A DNA stretch of 64,000 nt from Eledone cirrhosa (taxonomy: Eukaryota): positions 83,762,001-83,826,000 of the forward strand of contig OZ024741.1 of assembly GCA_964016885.1 (NCBI GenBank). Direction: 5' to 3'. Positions 1 to 17,938 of this stretch are shown here, in pieces. The translations under genes were made by a program, and so were the position numbers. The notes beneath the pieces are model-generated. The model saw only the letters and a program-made list of their open reading frames with translations, did not search any database and had not been told where the DNA came from. Numbering within the stretch: position 1 is the first letter of the stretch; each line of letters begins with the position of its first letter.

Positions 1-296
1 AAGTTAATGCGGGCGTCACCGAAGAGAAATGTACACGTCTTCAACCCTTTCAGACGCGTCCACCATACGACTTCTTTTACCATGGCCACCAAGGCAGATA
101 AAAACTGCTTTCCCCTGCTGGTTAAAGTAGGGCGGTGGAACAATCTTCACGATTGACTCAGCTGATAGCCGAATCCGTCCTACACGCGACAGCAGGTGTT
201 CGACATAAACACACAATCAGCAATGCTCGGACACTGGATGAGTGCGTGCAGGACGGTCACATCTCGAACAGGCCCGGCTGGCGGCACTTCCATGCC
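1..296 (-). mobile_element. Decayed L1/Tx1-type LINE ORF2 C-terminal cysteine-rich (zf-RVT-like) fragment
   Basis: Minus-strand translation across frameshifts gives RACSRC...TVLHALIQCPSIAD...VKEVVWWTRLKG, matching the CxxC...HxxxxC plus WxxR pattern of L1/Tx1 ORF2 ends. It runs off the window start. Confidence 0.65.
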
Positions 297-1039
297 TGTA
301 ATTAACAATAATAATAATAATAATAATAAAAAGAAGAAGAAGAATGATGACTAACAACATCATCATCATCATCATCATCATATTACAAATCATAATAAAA
401 ACAAAAATATTTACAAAATAATAATAAAATGAAGAACAACAATAATGTTGATAATAAAGAATGATAATTGCTGTCTTATATGTGTAATATAAATAACTTA
501 ATTAGTTGGAACTGTGACAGAAATGTAGAGTATCCCTTTTGTTTCATATTTATATTTAATAGAAAAGGGAAATAAATATGATGTTCATTATCGGTGTGTT
601 TGTGTGTTTTATTGAATTACTGGTGGGCCCTTGCGGTAAATAATGATGGCAACAGCAATGAGCAATTTTAATATTTGGAGCCCAGTGTTGACATGACATA
701 TACAGCAGGATTACTGGAGATATGAACAATCATACAAACTGCGGAATTTGCGTTTAATTAATAAATTTGCAATTATCATGGCATTTCAGTGAGCTTTGAA
801 ATACTTCGCGGTGCCCTTCTCTTCTCCAGGTTTCATGTCCCTCACTAAGTTTAGCCTGCTAACAGCAGCAGTTTCAGGGTGTGGCTGAAAGGTTCCGGGG
901 CCAAAAGTGAGAGTCTGGTGAAAACCAATGTACCTGTCCATACCCGTTATTTTCTCTACCTGAACACTGATGATATGTATTCCCAATAAAATAAACCTAA
1001 GACTACCAGAAGTACAGATCTAGCAGCCTAATTATCCAC

Positions 1040-1660
1040 GCAGCAAAGTACTGCTAATAGTTCTTCTAAACAGACTGGATGGAAAGGCAGAGGAAATCTT
1101 AGTTGAAGACCCGACGGGAATCAGACCCAAAAGAAGTACAACAGTGCAAATATTTATCATCAGACTGCTCACTAAGAAACACTTGCAGCACCAATCTGAT
1201 CTCCACCATAACTTCATACACTTCGACCGTGTTTGGCTTGAGCATTTGACTGTGTTTGGCTTGAGGGATTGTTGAAGGTGATGAAGGATTACAACTTTGA
1301 CACCAACCTCATTGAAATAATCAAAGTACTGAATGACAACATAAACAGTGCAGTTCTAAATAACAACATCGGAGAATTCTTCAGAACAACAGTGGAAGTT
1401 TGACCGTGGTGTCTGCTTTCTGCTGTGCTTTTCAACATCTTCCTGGAAAATATGCAAGAAACTCTCAGGGACTTCCACACCGCAGTGTCCAGTGACCGGT
1501 TAGGAAGCAGTGAAGACATGATAGATTAGACTAGTCACAACACAGAGTCCCTTCTACACATGGCTGACAATGGAGACCAATGATGCCAACTGACTGCAAA
1601 AGCATATAGAATAACACCCCCAAAACTGGCTGCACCAGTTCCGGGAGCATGATGATGAAA
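1040..1660 (+). mobile_element. Decayed RTE-clade LINE (RT fragment plus 3' end)
   Basis: Translation across stops gives KHLQHQSDLHHNFI..FDRVW..., NNIGEFFRTTVEV*PWCLLSAVLFNIFLE (RT motifs FDRV and QGC.LSP.LFN, degenerate). It ends in a (GAT)n tail at about 1650. Confidence 0.75.
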
Positions 1661-2009
1661 TTAATAATGTAGATAAAAGAAAGCCTATAGCTGATGTTGT
1701 TTATTGATACTTGAATATAATTAAAAATAAGATTGATATTGTAGTAATTAATTTCTCAGATATAATTTCATAAATATTCAGCAAACATGTACAAATGACA
1801 TACTAGATAAAATATAATTAACGTGAGTGAAAAATTATTTACAAAGAGAAATGTATGACTAGGAGCTTGTTGGAACGGGAAACTTTTATTATAGTCCTGC
1901 GACAAATATGGAAAATACATCATAGGTATATGTGTATATATGTGTAATTGTGAGTGTAAATTTAAAGGTACATTTATATACATACATATATATAAATATA
2001 TATATATAT

Positions 2010-2724
2010 AACGAAGGAATTGTGGTAAGGAACCAGATAGACCATAACGCACCAGAGTACTCAATACTTAGAGTAGTAGAGTGGGAATAGGAAAAAGTAT
2101 GACACCGACGGCAGAGCTCAAGCCGTTTCGACGGCTATTTCTGGACTAAATTAGAATTTTTAGCCTGGGGAATAAATAGCCGAACTTGTCAAGGGGTACT
2201 TCCTTATATGGGAAGATTGTATTTGTCAAGAGGATTGGTCAAAATTTGTTGTAAACACAAATAAGTCTATCATGGCATTTGGTGGGAGGTAGGGTTGGCT
2301 GAACTTGCCTGTAGAACAATGAGGGAGTGAGTGGAGCCGGTCAAGCGTTGAAAGTGATATGCATACAGCAGATTCTAAGGATAATGTATGAAAAGTAGAA
2401 AAATTGTTCTGGAGAAAATGGAGGAGGGAAGTTATAGAATAGGTAATTCGAATGAGTAGGAGACAATAAAACGAAATATAAAAAAATATATAAAATCCCT
2501 CGTTGTTCTACAGGCAAGTTCAGCCACCCATACCTCCCACCAAATGCCATGATAGACTTATTTGTGTTTACAACAAATGTTGACCAATCCTCTTGACAAA
2601 TACAATATTCCCATATAAGGAAGTACCCCTTGACAAGTTCGGCTATTTATTCACCAGGCTAAAAATTCTAATTTAGTCCAGAAATAGTCTTGAGCTCTGC
2701 CGTCGGAGTCATACTTTTTCCTAT
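2010..2724 (-). mobile_element. Fold-back Penelope pLTR-like/retrozyme module, family A
   Basis: Inverted arms at about 2087-2326 and 2495-2724, flanked by TA runs, carrying an HHR. The same terminus AACGAAGGAA..GTGGTAAGGAACCAG recurs at 5438, 32673 and (reversed) 35200-35258. Confidence 0.7.
2101..2197 (-). ncRNA. Type I hammerhead ribozyme, U3:A8 variant core
   Basis: Minus strand reads ACCCC-UUGACAA-G.UU.CGGCUAUUU...AAAUAGCCG.U.C-GAAA-CGGC(uugagcucu)GCCG-UC-GGUGU. All three stems form and the cleavage triplet is GUC. Confidence 0.7.
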
Positions 2725-2739
2725 ATATATGTATATATA

Positions 2740-4330
<1,591 letters not shown>

Positions 4331-4352
4331 ACATATATATATATATATAAAT

Positions 4353-4468
<116 letters not shown>

Positions 4469-4469
4469 T

Positions 4470-5230
4470 ACTATGTATACGACATCCCAAAATCTTTAAC
4501 CACTCCCCGTGACAGAAAACAACAACAATTTTTAGAATTGTCTCATATGATACTACTGCTATGTTTTCATTACAGCCCATATATGGACTCTAACCCTTAA
4601 TAAGTTCAGCTAGATTACTACCGTCCTAAGAATACTGGGTTAGTTCAGATCTAGCTGTCGAATATTTATATATATGAAAAGAGTCAGGCTCCCGACAGCT
4701 GAGCTCCGGCCGTTTCGACAGCTAGATCTGAACTAACCCATTAGTGTTAGGACGGTAGTAATCTAGCTGAACTTATTAATGGTTAGAGTCCATATATGGG
4801 CATGTAATGAAAACATAGCAGTAGAACCATATCAAACAATTCTAGAAAGTGTTGTTGTTGTTTTCTGTCACTGGGGTGTGGTTAAAGATTTTGGGATGTC
4901 GTATACATAGTTAAATTTCTTCATAGTGGCAGGTGGAGGTGTCTGAACTTGCCTGTAGAACAAAGGGAGGGAGTAAGATGACGTTCTGACCTGTGGATGC
5001 CAGGCCGGTCATGAGAGAATTCTGACCTGTGGATGCCAGGCCGGTCAAGAGAGAATTCTGACCTGTGGATGCCAGGCCGGTCAAGAGAGAATTCTAACCT
5101 GTGGATGCCAGGCCGGTCAAGAGAGAATTCTTTACAGCTAAAGGGGGTAAGAACCTTTGATAAACAAGGAATGTTATAGAGTGAATATGAGTATGCCAGG
5201 TCTAGCATTGGCTAAAGAGCAAAGCAAAGA
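4470..5230 (-). mobile_element. Fold-back pLTR-like module related to family A, with degenerate HHR (4688-4785)
   Basis: Inverted arms 4470-4662 and 4714-4910. It contains GAAA-CGGC(cggagctca)GCTG-TC with core TTAATAA, and shares GAACTTGCCTGTAGAACAA with 2300-2320. Confidence 0.6.
4984..5130. repeat. 36-bp minisatellite, 4 copies
   Basis: TTCTGACCTGTGGATGCCAGGCCGGTCAAGAGAGAA repeated head to tail with no spacers. Confidence 0.9.
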
Positions 5231-5348
5231 AAATTTAATACTAAATTCCGAATGAATAAAGTTTAGTTATTAGTTACTCAAAGACACTAGAACAGCACCT
5301 AAATGTAATAATTTATCAACATTATCTTCCATAATGATACACCCTCCC

Positions 5349-5437
<89 letters not shown>

Positions 5438-5438
<1 letters not shown>

Positions 5439-5635
5439 CGAAGGAAGTGTGGTAAGGAACCAGATGGACAATGAGGCACCAGAGTACTCAATACTTAGGG
5501 TAGTAGAGTGGGTAATAGGAAGATGGTCAAGACCCCGACGGCGGATCTCAAGCCCTTCCGACGGCTATTTCTAAGTCCAGAAATAGCCGGCAAAACGGCT
5601 TGAGCTATGCCGTCGGGGTCTTGACCATCTTCCTA
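5438..5635 (-). mobile_element. Short fold-back copy of family A terminus
   Basis: Homologous to 2010-2150. TAGGAAGATGGTCAAGACCCCGACGGC is mirrored at 5608-5635. Confidence 0.7.
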
Positions 5636-7072
5636 TATATATATATATGTATGTATATAAACTCATACTATGATTAATTAGTGCTTGAATTTTGAGGCAT
5701 TATTAAAAACTAGGGCAAAGTAATTGTTAAATTTCCTTCAGTCACTCTCAATTCTGAGTCGTAGGGATTTTTAGTGTATATGTGCGAGCAAGTGTATATC
5801 CTTATGTATATTTATATGCATGTGTATGTCTGTGTATGCTTATTTGTATCCCTGAAAGTGTATGCATGTTTCTATTTTTCCGTCAAAGACGTATTGGCGG
5901 TAGGTACACTCAAATCGGAGTTCGGACTCCAATACTCGCTAAAGTGCGGACGCCGATAAAGACAACATTTGACTGGTATTGGTGGTGATAGTGGGGAAAC
6001 TAAATTAGAGATAATGCCATGTGTGTGTGTGTGCGTGTATGTATGTTTAGGTATATAGTTATATTTCTAATGCTACATCTGTTTTCTTAAATCTAATTCA
6101 ATGGTTAGCAAAGAGATGACTAAGTTGAAATATGTCTTACCTTCTATCGTAATTTGCAGATATTATGTCATATGGACTAAGCTGTCTTTGTTTAAATTGG
6201 AATAGAGCTTGTATTCACGCACTCAGAAAAAGATACACACGCACATGTATTATATATATATATATATATTTATTTATGTACATGAATACGTGTATAGGTA
6301 CTCGCACATATATACATACTGACACATACATATACGTGCGCACACACGAACACACAAACACACGCACGTACACACACACACATACACACACACATACACC
6401 CACTCACACACACACACATACACACACACATACACACACACACATATATATATATACTTACATATAATCTGGTATATGCTTGCGCTACCATCCTACACAC
6501 ACTTTATTATTCAAAATAGAATTTACAAATGAAAAGTCTCTTCTTCCAAGTCGTATCAATCTCTCACGGCAAAAACCGTTGGAAGAAATTAAAGAAAAAT
6601 ATGCAAGACATGAAGAACTATCAAATCTAGACCTAGAGGCAAATTATATGTAAGTATTAGGATTAGCTAAATGAAAACAAGGACAAAAATTCAAATGAAT
6701 GTTTTCTACAGATTCCAGACATCAAACATATCGACAAAGCGTATAAAAATATAGCATTACATTGCATATCATAGCACACATTGTAGACAGAGATATCACG
6801 CCGCCTCAAACATAAAGTATAGAACATGTTCACATAAAAAGGTAAAGAAAAATAAATATTGCAAATACCTGAAGCAGACAGAGTTGAATTTATTGCTGAA
6901 GGCTGAGGGGAAATGCATTGTAAAGCGAAGAAAGTATTCTATTAATCAGCCACAAGGGCAAAGAACAGAAAGAAAAAGAAAATTGCAAAACATTGCAAAG
7001 AAGTAGAGATGACGAAAGTCATAAAACAGTCAACACAAAATACTAGTGCTGAAAATATAATTAGGCACCTAC

Positions 7073-8067
<995 letters not shown>

Positions 8068-8489
8068 ATATAATATAATATAGTATTACGGCTCCTTTTG
8101 TTGAGCTAAATTTTAATCCCGTATAAACGGCTGTTATTTCTAGCACCATGAGTATGGAAATAGCTAGGAGCTGGAAAACCAGGTGCGTTAGCACTTGAAT
8201 ACCAGTCCTCCTAAATATTTCGAGGTGAAACATGCTAATTTTTTGGATACCTGCCGATGACCACAGAAATTGGAATCTTTCACTTTTTTTAATTATCGTT
8301 GCGAAACTTATTTGGATTTTGAAATTTAAATTTGTCCAGGTATCACCGTTATTGCTAATATGGGTTTGTTTTTATTGATTTATTATTTTAAATCGAGACA
8401 GGCAAACTGTATTAATTTTAATTAGTATTTTTCAATCTAGCTAACTTGGTCATTTACAATACAAACACTTATGTGTTTATCATATATTA

Positions 8490-9845
<1,356 letters not shown>

Positions 9846-9859
9846 ATGTGTGGTTGTTG

Positions 9860-9933
<74 letters not shown>

Positions 9934-11029
9934 GTACCTATAAATGTCTGTATGTGTATGTGTGTGTGCGTATTAATTTATTACATAAATATTTATACTA
10001 GAACACATCAGCTTTACCTATCATAGATATAATTATCTTCTGACGACTGCACAAAAATCCCTAAGATGCATCAGCTAATCTTTTATGTATAAGTTTATAT
10101 AGCCGTTTAGATGAAACCACAGTATTTCATAGCGAATTTGTTATTATTTTTTTACACTGTTGCTATATCTGTATAAAATTTACGTTAACCTTTCAAAAGC
10201 TGTCAAGTGTTCATATTTTTATTTTTTTATTGTGACAAACGTACAAATGTATGTACGGCTCGTGGCAGCGATGGTAAAGGTGGAGGAATTAGAGGAAAAA
10301 AGGAATTGTTGAGTAGATATCATAGAATTTACATCCAATATTCTGATATTTGTACTGTATTTCAACGTGACAGGCCATTATAATGAAAAAAAGAACCTGA
10401 TGCCTACCATGCCCCCAGGCATCCTATACTTAGCAAAAATACAAGACCAATACGACTTTGATCATATGTCAGTCAGGCAAAGCTAATCATAACAAGAACA
10501 GCATCTCTCACTACAGAGGAACCAACTCCAGTACGTGACCTGCTACATATAGACACCAAATCTACTTCAAGTATTCTTTAACCGCTAGAAATAGCTGGCA
10601 AATGTCATGTCTTCTTGAACATGTTTGTCTCTATTACACAAACGGAATGCTTATGACTTGGACTTATTTGATCAAAGGAATGCCTACTCTTGGCTCGCTT
10701 GTAGACAGGGAGTCGCTAAACGATCATTCAACCTATGAAAAACCTACGCAAAATATTCCATAATATCTTACTCTATTGTTATTAAAACAATAAACATAAT
10801 AAAACAGGTTTGAAATGTCAACGTGGTTTCGTTCTCTGCGTATCAGACAAAATGACAGGCCAAAAGAGGATACCTTTCGTCACAAGCATTTGTCTGGAAG
10901 GCTGATTTGGGGCTAACATACAACATCAACAATGTAAACTATAATTTCGTTTTTGCCTATGAAACTAACAATAAACACTGTGATGAAGAGAGATAATAAT
11001 ATAGAGTTAATAGTAGATATTAATATAAC

Positions 11030-11210
11030 CTTTTCTCCCTTTGGCACAAGGCCAGCAATTACCCAGTGCATTACAGGTACTTTATTTTATCGGATGAAAG
11101 GCAAAGTTAACTTCGGTGGTATCTGAACTCAGAGTTGAAAGGGCTGTAACTCTATGGGTCAAACTATGGCGTCCGACCCTCTACCGATAATACCAATCCA
11201 CCGCCTATAT
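11030..11210 (-). mobile_element. tRNA-derived SINE (Meta-domain-like, octopus-type)
   Basis: Reverse complement contains GTTCAGATACCACCGAAGTTAACTTTGCCTTTCATCC..GATAAAATAAAGTACC..GCTGGCCTTGTGCCAAA. Related copies are at 35345, 43875, 48170 and 49555. Confidence 0.75.
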
Positions 11211-11663
11211 TAGATATTCATATAATACAAACTAAATGAAAAGCAATAATTTTCATTAACAGCCGATTGTACAGTGTTGAAGGTATTAAAAGAACCAAAA
11301 CTCAGCAGTCTATGGGAAAATCAGTTCCATCATCATAAATATTAATTAGACTAATTTGAAAGGAAAATCGAAACCACTCGTTTTTCAAGATGAGTAAATA
11401 TGTAGGTTTTATCATTAATTTTCTTTAATTATTTTCTCCTATATTTCAGCAATCTTGAGAAATCTGACGGGATACATATATATGCTCACGTTTTGTTTTA
11501 GGGATTTGTTCATCTTTGTTTCTAATTTTCGGATTAATTCTTATTACTTGAGCTGAATGTGAAAGAAAATATAAGTCAGTGCGAGTGCATATGAGTGTAG
11601 AGGTATGGGTGTATGTTTAAGTTCCTGTAATTCCTTGTGTATTTGCCTCTCCGTATTTTCACA

Positions 11664-11942
<279 letters not shown>

Positions 11943-11957
11943 ATATATATACATATA

Positions 11958-12845
11958 CGAGGTGGGTCAGAAAAGTTCCAGGACTGATATCACAACAGAT
12001 TTATTTCTAACCCAAACTTCACACTAAGAGTTTTCTACTTCAAAGTAATCCCCCTGGAGTATAATGCACTTTTCCATCCTTTTTTGCCACGCTTGCATGC
12101 ACTCCTGGAAGGATTCTTCCGGGATCCTCCGTAGTTCCGTCGTCACGGCCTTTTTGATGTCGTCCCCGTCTTCAAAACGGGTCCCCTCCGGGTCGTACAC
12201 GAAGATCCATGACTCATAACCGGTGATGACTGTCCCTAGCAAGTGTGGTTCGGTTTCAAGACGCTCGAGGATGTCCTGGCACAGTTGCATGCGTCGACCC
12301 TTCTGATCATCGTTCAACAATTTGGGCTCCAGCTTCGCGCAGACTTTCCGAATGTCCAAATCTTCAGTGAGAATCTTCCAGACGCTGTCCCGATTCATGC
12401 CCAGCTCATTTGCTATCAGTCGAACAGTCAGCCGACGATCGCTACGCACCATCTGCCTGACTCGCTCAACATTGACCTCAGTCCTGGTTATTGAGGGCCT
12501 TCCGCTCCTAGGGTCATCTTCCACGTCCTCGCTTTCTTCTTTAAACCTCTTGCACCACTCAAAAACACATGGGCGTGACATCGCCTCATCTCCATACACT
12601 TGCTGCAGCAATCCCAGTGCTTCTGACGAAGTTTTTTAGTTGCTCTGTGCTGATTGCTTGACGACCTGAAACAGAGGACATGTATATAAAGTTATGAAGA
12701 AAAAAGTTTGATTGTTGCAGAGAGCTAAGATTACAGTTACATACTCCAGGAGGATTACTTTGAAGGAGAAAACTCTTAGAGTGAAGTTTGGGTTTGAAAT
12801 AAATCTTTTGTGACATCAGTCCTGGAACTTTTCTGACACACCTCG
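11958..12845 (-). mobile_element. Internally deleted mariner element with about 105-bp TIRs and TA target duplication
   Basis: TA|CGAGGTGGGTCAGAAAAGTTCCAGGACTGA... is mirrored by ...TCAGTCCTGGAACTTTTCTGACACACCTCG|TA. The element encloses a transposase ORF. Confidence 0.92.
12024..12611 (-). pseudogene. Mariner transposase, HTH region retained, catalytic core deleted
   Basis: QQVYGDEAMSRPCVFEWCKRFK..DDPRSGRP..KVCAKLEPKLL..VITGYESWIFVYDPE joined directly to GTRFED...QGDYFE. The first catalytic D reads Y and the D34D segment is absent. Confidence 0.88.
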
Positions 12846-13089
12846 TATATATATACATATCTATATATATATAGAGAGTGTAGTGTGGTTAATACGAAGC
12901 ATTCTTAGACATGTAGTAAAAGGCAGATACCTTTTTTAAACGCCGCAACAATGCGCATTGTACTGGCTTTTAAAAACGTTATCGGTCTTTTGCTACACAC
13001 ACACACATACATTACTCTTTTACCTGTTCCAGCCATCCGGTTCAGGCCATACTGGGGCCTATATATATATATATATATATATATAAATC

Positions 13090-13140
<51 letters not shown>

Positions 13141-13214
13141 AATGGTAGCTATAATGCTTCCATAGGCGGTATGCCAGTTGAGCACTCTATATTCTTACAG
13201 AGCAGAGTGTGATA

Positions 13215-13734
<520 letters not shown>

Positions 13735-13942
13735 AATATAAAATCGGGTGTTGAAACAAATATTATTATATTTGGGGTGGATCATATAGTTAAAATATTG
13801 ACAGAAATGATAATAAAACACACTCACTGTTTGGTTTAGATTGGGTTTCGCTTCTGTATATTTTATATCCCTATAGGTAATTCATCTGGCAATCAATGTT
13901 TATCATTGATTGGCCAACGGTTAAAAATACAGATATAAATAC

Positions 13943-14001
<59 letters not shown>

Positions 14002-15470
14002 TTAGTCTATCAAAGTTCTTTCATCACACACCAGTGACATCTTCAGTGGTACTATTATGTTTCCTCCCGTTGTATTGTAATATCTATTCTATTATTAGTT
14101 TATTTATTCTTGTCTCTTTTTGCGCATGCGTTTGTGTGTGTGTGTACATTTTCTGATTAAATTTAATCATAAGATGGGGAAAGCCACTCTATGGTACGAT
14201 AACCAGACATACCAGAGTGTCATGTTCGTTGATGTAACCGCTGGGGGTGAATTAGCTACCCAATTTAGAAAGGCCCTAAGAAAGACGCATTTAAAGATTA
14301 AGGTGGTAGAAGAGCCAGGAACTACCATAAAAATCCCTGATCAGCAAAACTTACCCCTCTAACAAAACCTACTGTACTAATAAGAATTGTGTTATATGTA
14401 GAATGAATCCACAAATAAATTGTAAATCTAGACATGGAGTCTATAGCATAAGATGTACGGAGGGTAGATGCAGAAGTATGACAATGACATACATTGGAGA
14501 CACAGCTCGGAGCATAGAGGAGGTAATAGACCAATACTTGTGTGAACTAAAAGGACAAAAAGAAGGTTCGGTACTATATGAACACACCAGACTAAGACAT
14601 GATGGTAATATAGACAACAGATATTAAAATAGTATCTAAACATAGAAATGACTTAACGGGTAGACAAATTAGGGAAACAACTGACATAGAATTAAGAAAA
14701 CCGAAGTATATAAGAACGCAGTATATAGCATAAGATATACTGAGGGACAGTATAGGGATAATTATATAACATACTTAAGTGAAACAGTCCGTATCGTAGG
14801 AGAAAGGATAAGTTTACACTGGCGAGAACTCCAGGATGGGAAAAACTCATTAGTACTCCACCAACATGCCAAAGTAGAGCACAGGGGCACATTATAGAAG
14901 ATAGAGATAAAAGATGCGATGCTCAGACAAATGACATAGGTGACAAACATAAACGAACTCCATCCAAATATAAAAAGAAAACGCGTGTGGAATAGCAACA
15001 TCACAACCAGTTATTAAGGACAAAATGAAGACATAGAGACACACACAAAAACCAAACTAACAAAACAAATCAGACACACACAGATAGAACAAACAACTAA
15101 CTAGTGACAAGTAAATAGACACATAAATAAATAAAAAACATACACAACACCCGGAAGTAACGCATACGTAAACTATGCACGCACACACAACACACAAAAA
15201 TAAGATAATGCAGGACAGAACAAAGGAGGAAGAAAAATAAAAACCTAGTCACTGTCGAGGTTACAAAATGTCTGACGAAAGAGCGTTGACAATATATAAA
15301 CAACCTTACAGCAATCGAACCAACCAATCACCCGGAAATTTATATATATTGAAGTGAAAACCAACAGATGCTTGTGCTTTTATTGGCAACAAGACCCTCC
15401 CAAAGTATAACAATATATGTTTCAACACACGTCTCCTCAATAAGAAATCCAGCAAAACAAATTCAAAAAC
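13735..15470 (+). mobile_element. 5'-truncated Penelope-like element (linker plus GIY-YIG, 3' pLTR) preceded by an inverted family B pLTR-like segment
   Basis: ORFs read YQSVMFVDVTAGGELATQFRKAL and NCKSRHGVYSIRCTEGRC...YIGDTARS...LYEHTRLRH (GIY-YIG with CCHH). There is a degenerate HHR at 15247-15290 (+) and another at 14008-14051 (-, CTGAAGA-T-GTCAC..GTGAT-GAAA). Confidence 0.8.
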
Positions 15471-15489
15471 GAAGTATATATATATAGAA

Positions 15490-15608
15490 AGAAATGAAAT
15501 TTCATTTCTCACTCTTAGTAAGGCTGATACTTAGATTCAAGTATGTATACATACATACATAAGTGTATACAGACGTACAGTATTATGTATACACATACAT
15601 GCACATAT

Positions 15609-15660
<52 letters not shown>

Positions 15661-16955
15661 GTACGTATGGGTTTACCGAACATTTATTATAATGCTCGGT
15701 TTGTTTGTAAACAAACACCCCGAATTATTAGCCGTACAGTGTTCCGCAACCAACGTTGCCATTTTGTTCAACACTGACAAAGGAACGATGAACTAGTTTC
15801 TAGCATATTAGCTGTCAACAGCACCGTATACCTTCCTGTCAGATCATTGAACGTTTGAAAGTTTATACTTTCCTTATCCATATTAAGGGCTGAGCAGCCT
15901 AATTTGCATATAGAATGAGTTAGCCGGCCGGGCGTACCGCAAACGATAAATGGAATATAAATGAAATTTCATTTCTCACTCTTAGTACGGCTGATACTTA
16001 AATATAAGTATGTATACGTACATACATATATGTATACATACGTATAGTAGTATGTATATACATACATACATGCACACATATATATATACGAGTATATGTA
16101 CGTATGGGTTTACCGAACATTTATTATAATGCTCGGTTTGTTTGTAAACAAACAGCCCGAATTATTAGCCGTACAGTGTTCGGCAACCATCCTTGCCATT
16201 TTGTTCAACACTGACAAAGAAACGATGAACTAGTTTCTAGCTTATTAGCTGTCATCAGCACCGTATACTTTCCTGTCAGTTGATTGGGCGTTTGAAAGTA
16301 TATAATTTCCCTATACATATTAACGGCTGAGCAGCCTAATTTGCATATCGAGTGAGTTAGTCGGCCGGGCGTACCGAAAACGATAAATGGAGAAAAATGA
16401 AATTTCATTTCTCACTCTTAGTACGGCTGATACTTAAATATAAGTATGTATACGTACATACATATATGTACACAGACGCACAATAGTTTGTATATACATA
16501 TATACATACACACAAATATATATGTACGTATGGATTTACAGAACATTATTATAATGCTCGGTTTGTTTGTAAACAAACAGCCCGAATTATTAGCCGTACA
16601 GTGTTCAGCAAACAACGTTGCCATTTTGTTCAACACTGAAAAAGGAGCGATGAACAAGTCTCTAGATTATTAGCTGTCATCAGCACCGTATACCTTCCTG
16701 TCAGTTGATTTAAAGTATATACTTTCCATATGCATACGTACATACATACGTACAGACATACAGTAGTATGTATATACATACATACATTCACACATATATA
16801 TATGCACGTATGGGTTTACCGAACAATTTTTATAATGCTCGGTTTGTTTGAAAACAAGCAGCCCGAATTATTAGCCGAACACTGTACGGCTAATAATTCG
16901 GGCTGTTTGTTTACAAGCAAACGGAGCATTATAATAAATGTTCGTAAACCCATAC

Positions 16956-17028
<73 letters not shown>

Positions 17029-17098
17029 CATGTATGTACGTCTGTATACATATATATATATGTACGTCTGTATACATACATGTATGTACGTATACATA

Positions 17099-17100
<2 letters not shown>
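15490..17100 (-). repeat. Retrozyme-like tandem array (425-437 bp units, about 3.3 copies plus inverted tail), family C2
   Basis: HHR positions are 15785-15827, 16222-16264 and 16647-16689. An inversion occurs at about 16880. Homologous to 8615-9845. Confidence 0.8.
16222..16264 (-). ncRNA. Minimal type I hammerhead ribozyme
   Basis: ACGGUG-CUGAUGA-C-AGCU-aaua-AGCU-A-GAAA-CUAG-UU-CAUCGU. Confidence 0.8.
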
Positions 17101-17164
<64 letters not shown>

Positions 17165-17339
17165 GTTTGTTATTCAAATTGTATCTTTAATTTGAACAAT
17201 TCTTTGTATACAGATATATGCAGTGCCATTACATACAATTAATCAATTAATCAGTCCAACAATCAATAATTAATAACTTGAAATGTATTCTGAAGAAATC
17301 TCCTTGCCGCCAGGAAAGAGCAGATGAAGAATATAATTT

Positions 17340-17469
17340 AAACATATATATACATATACACACATATATATATGTATATACATATATACACACATATATA
17401 TATATATACATATACACACATATATATATATGTATATACATATATATTCATATATATATACATATATTT

Positions 17470-17525
<56 letters not shown>

Positions 17526-17593
17526 TATATGTCTATATATATATATATATAAATATATATATATATTTATATATATATATATGTATATGTATT

Positions 17594-17624
<31 letters not shown>

Positions 17625-17855
17625 GTATTTATATTTATGTTTCTATGTGTATGTATGTGTGTATATATGTGTGTGTGGTTGTATATATGTATTTGTATGT
17701 ATGGATGTGTTGATATTTATGTGCGCATGTATATATGTCTCTGTGTGTATTTATACACACATATATGTGTATATATATGTGTGCGTGTGTGTGTGTATGA
17801 GTGTATGTATGTGTATATATATATATGTATGTATATGTATGTATATATATGTATA

Positions 17856-17938
<83 letters not shown>

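Noticed and set aside
16-296. Host exon on minus strand (ttacag acceptor-like site at about 296)
   Set aside because: Frameshifts and the zf-RVT-like motif fit a decayed L1/Tx1 fragment better.
786-986. 66-aa minus-strand ORF as an exon
   Set aside because: Weak acceptor context, no recognisable domain, and it adjoins a LINE relic.
4984-5130. 36-bp repeats as a CRISPR array or repeat protein
   Set aside because: The repeats are contiguous with no spacers, there are no cas genes, and the context is eukaryotic, so this is a minisatellite.
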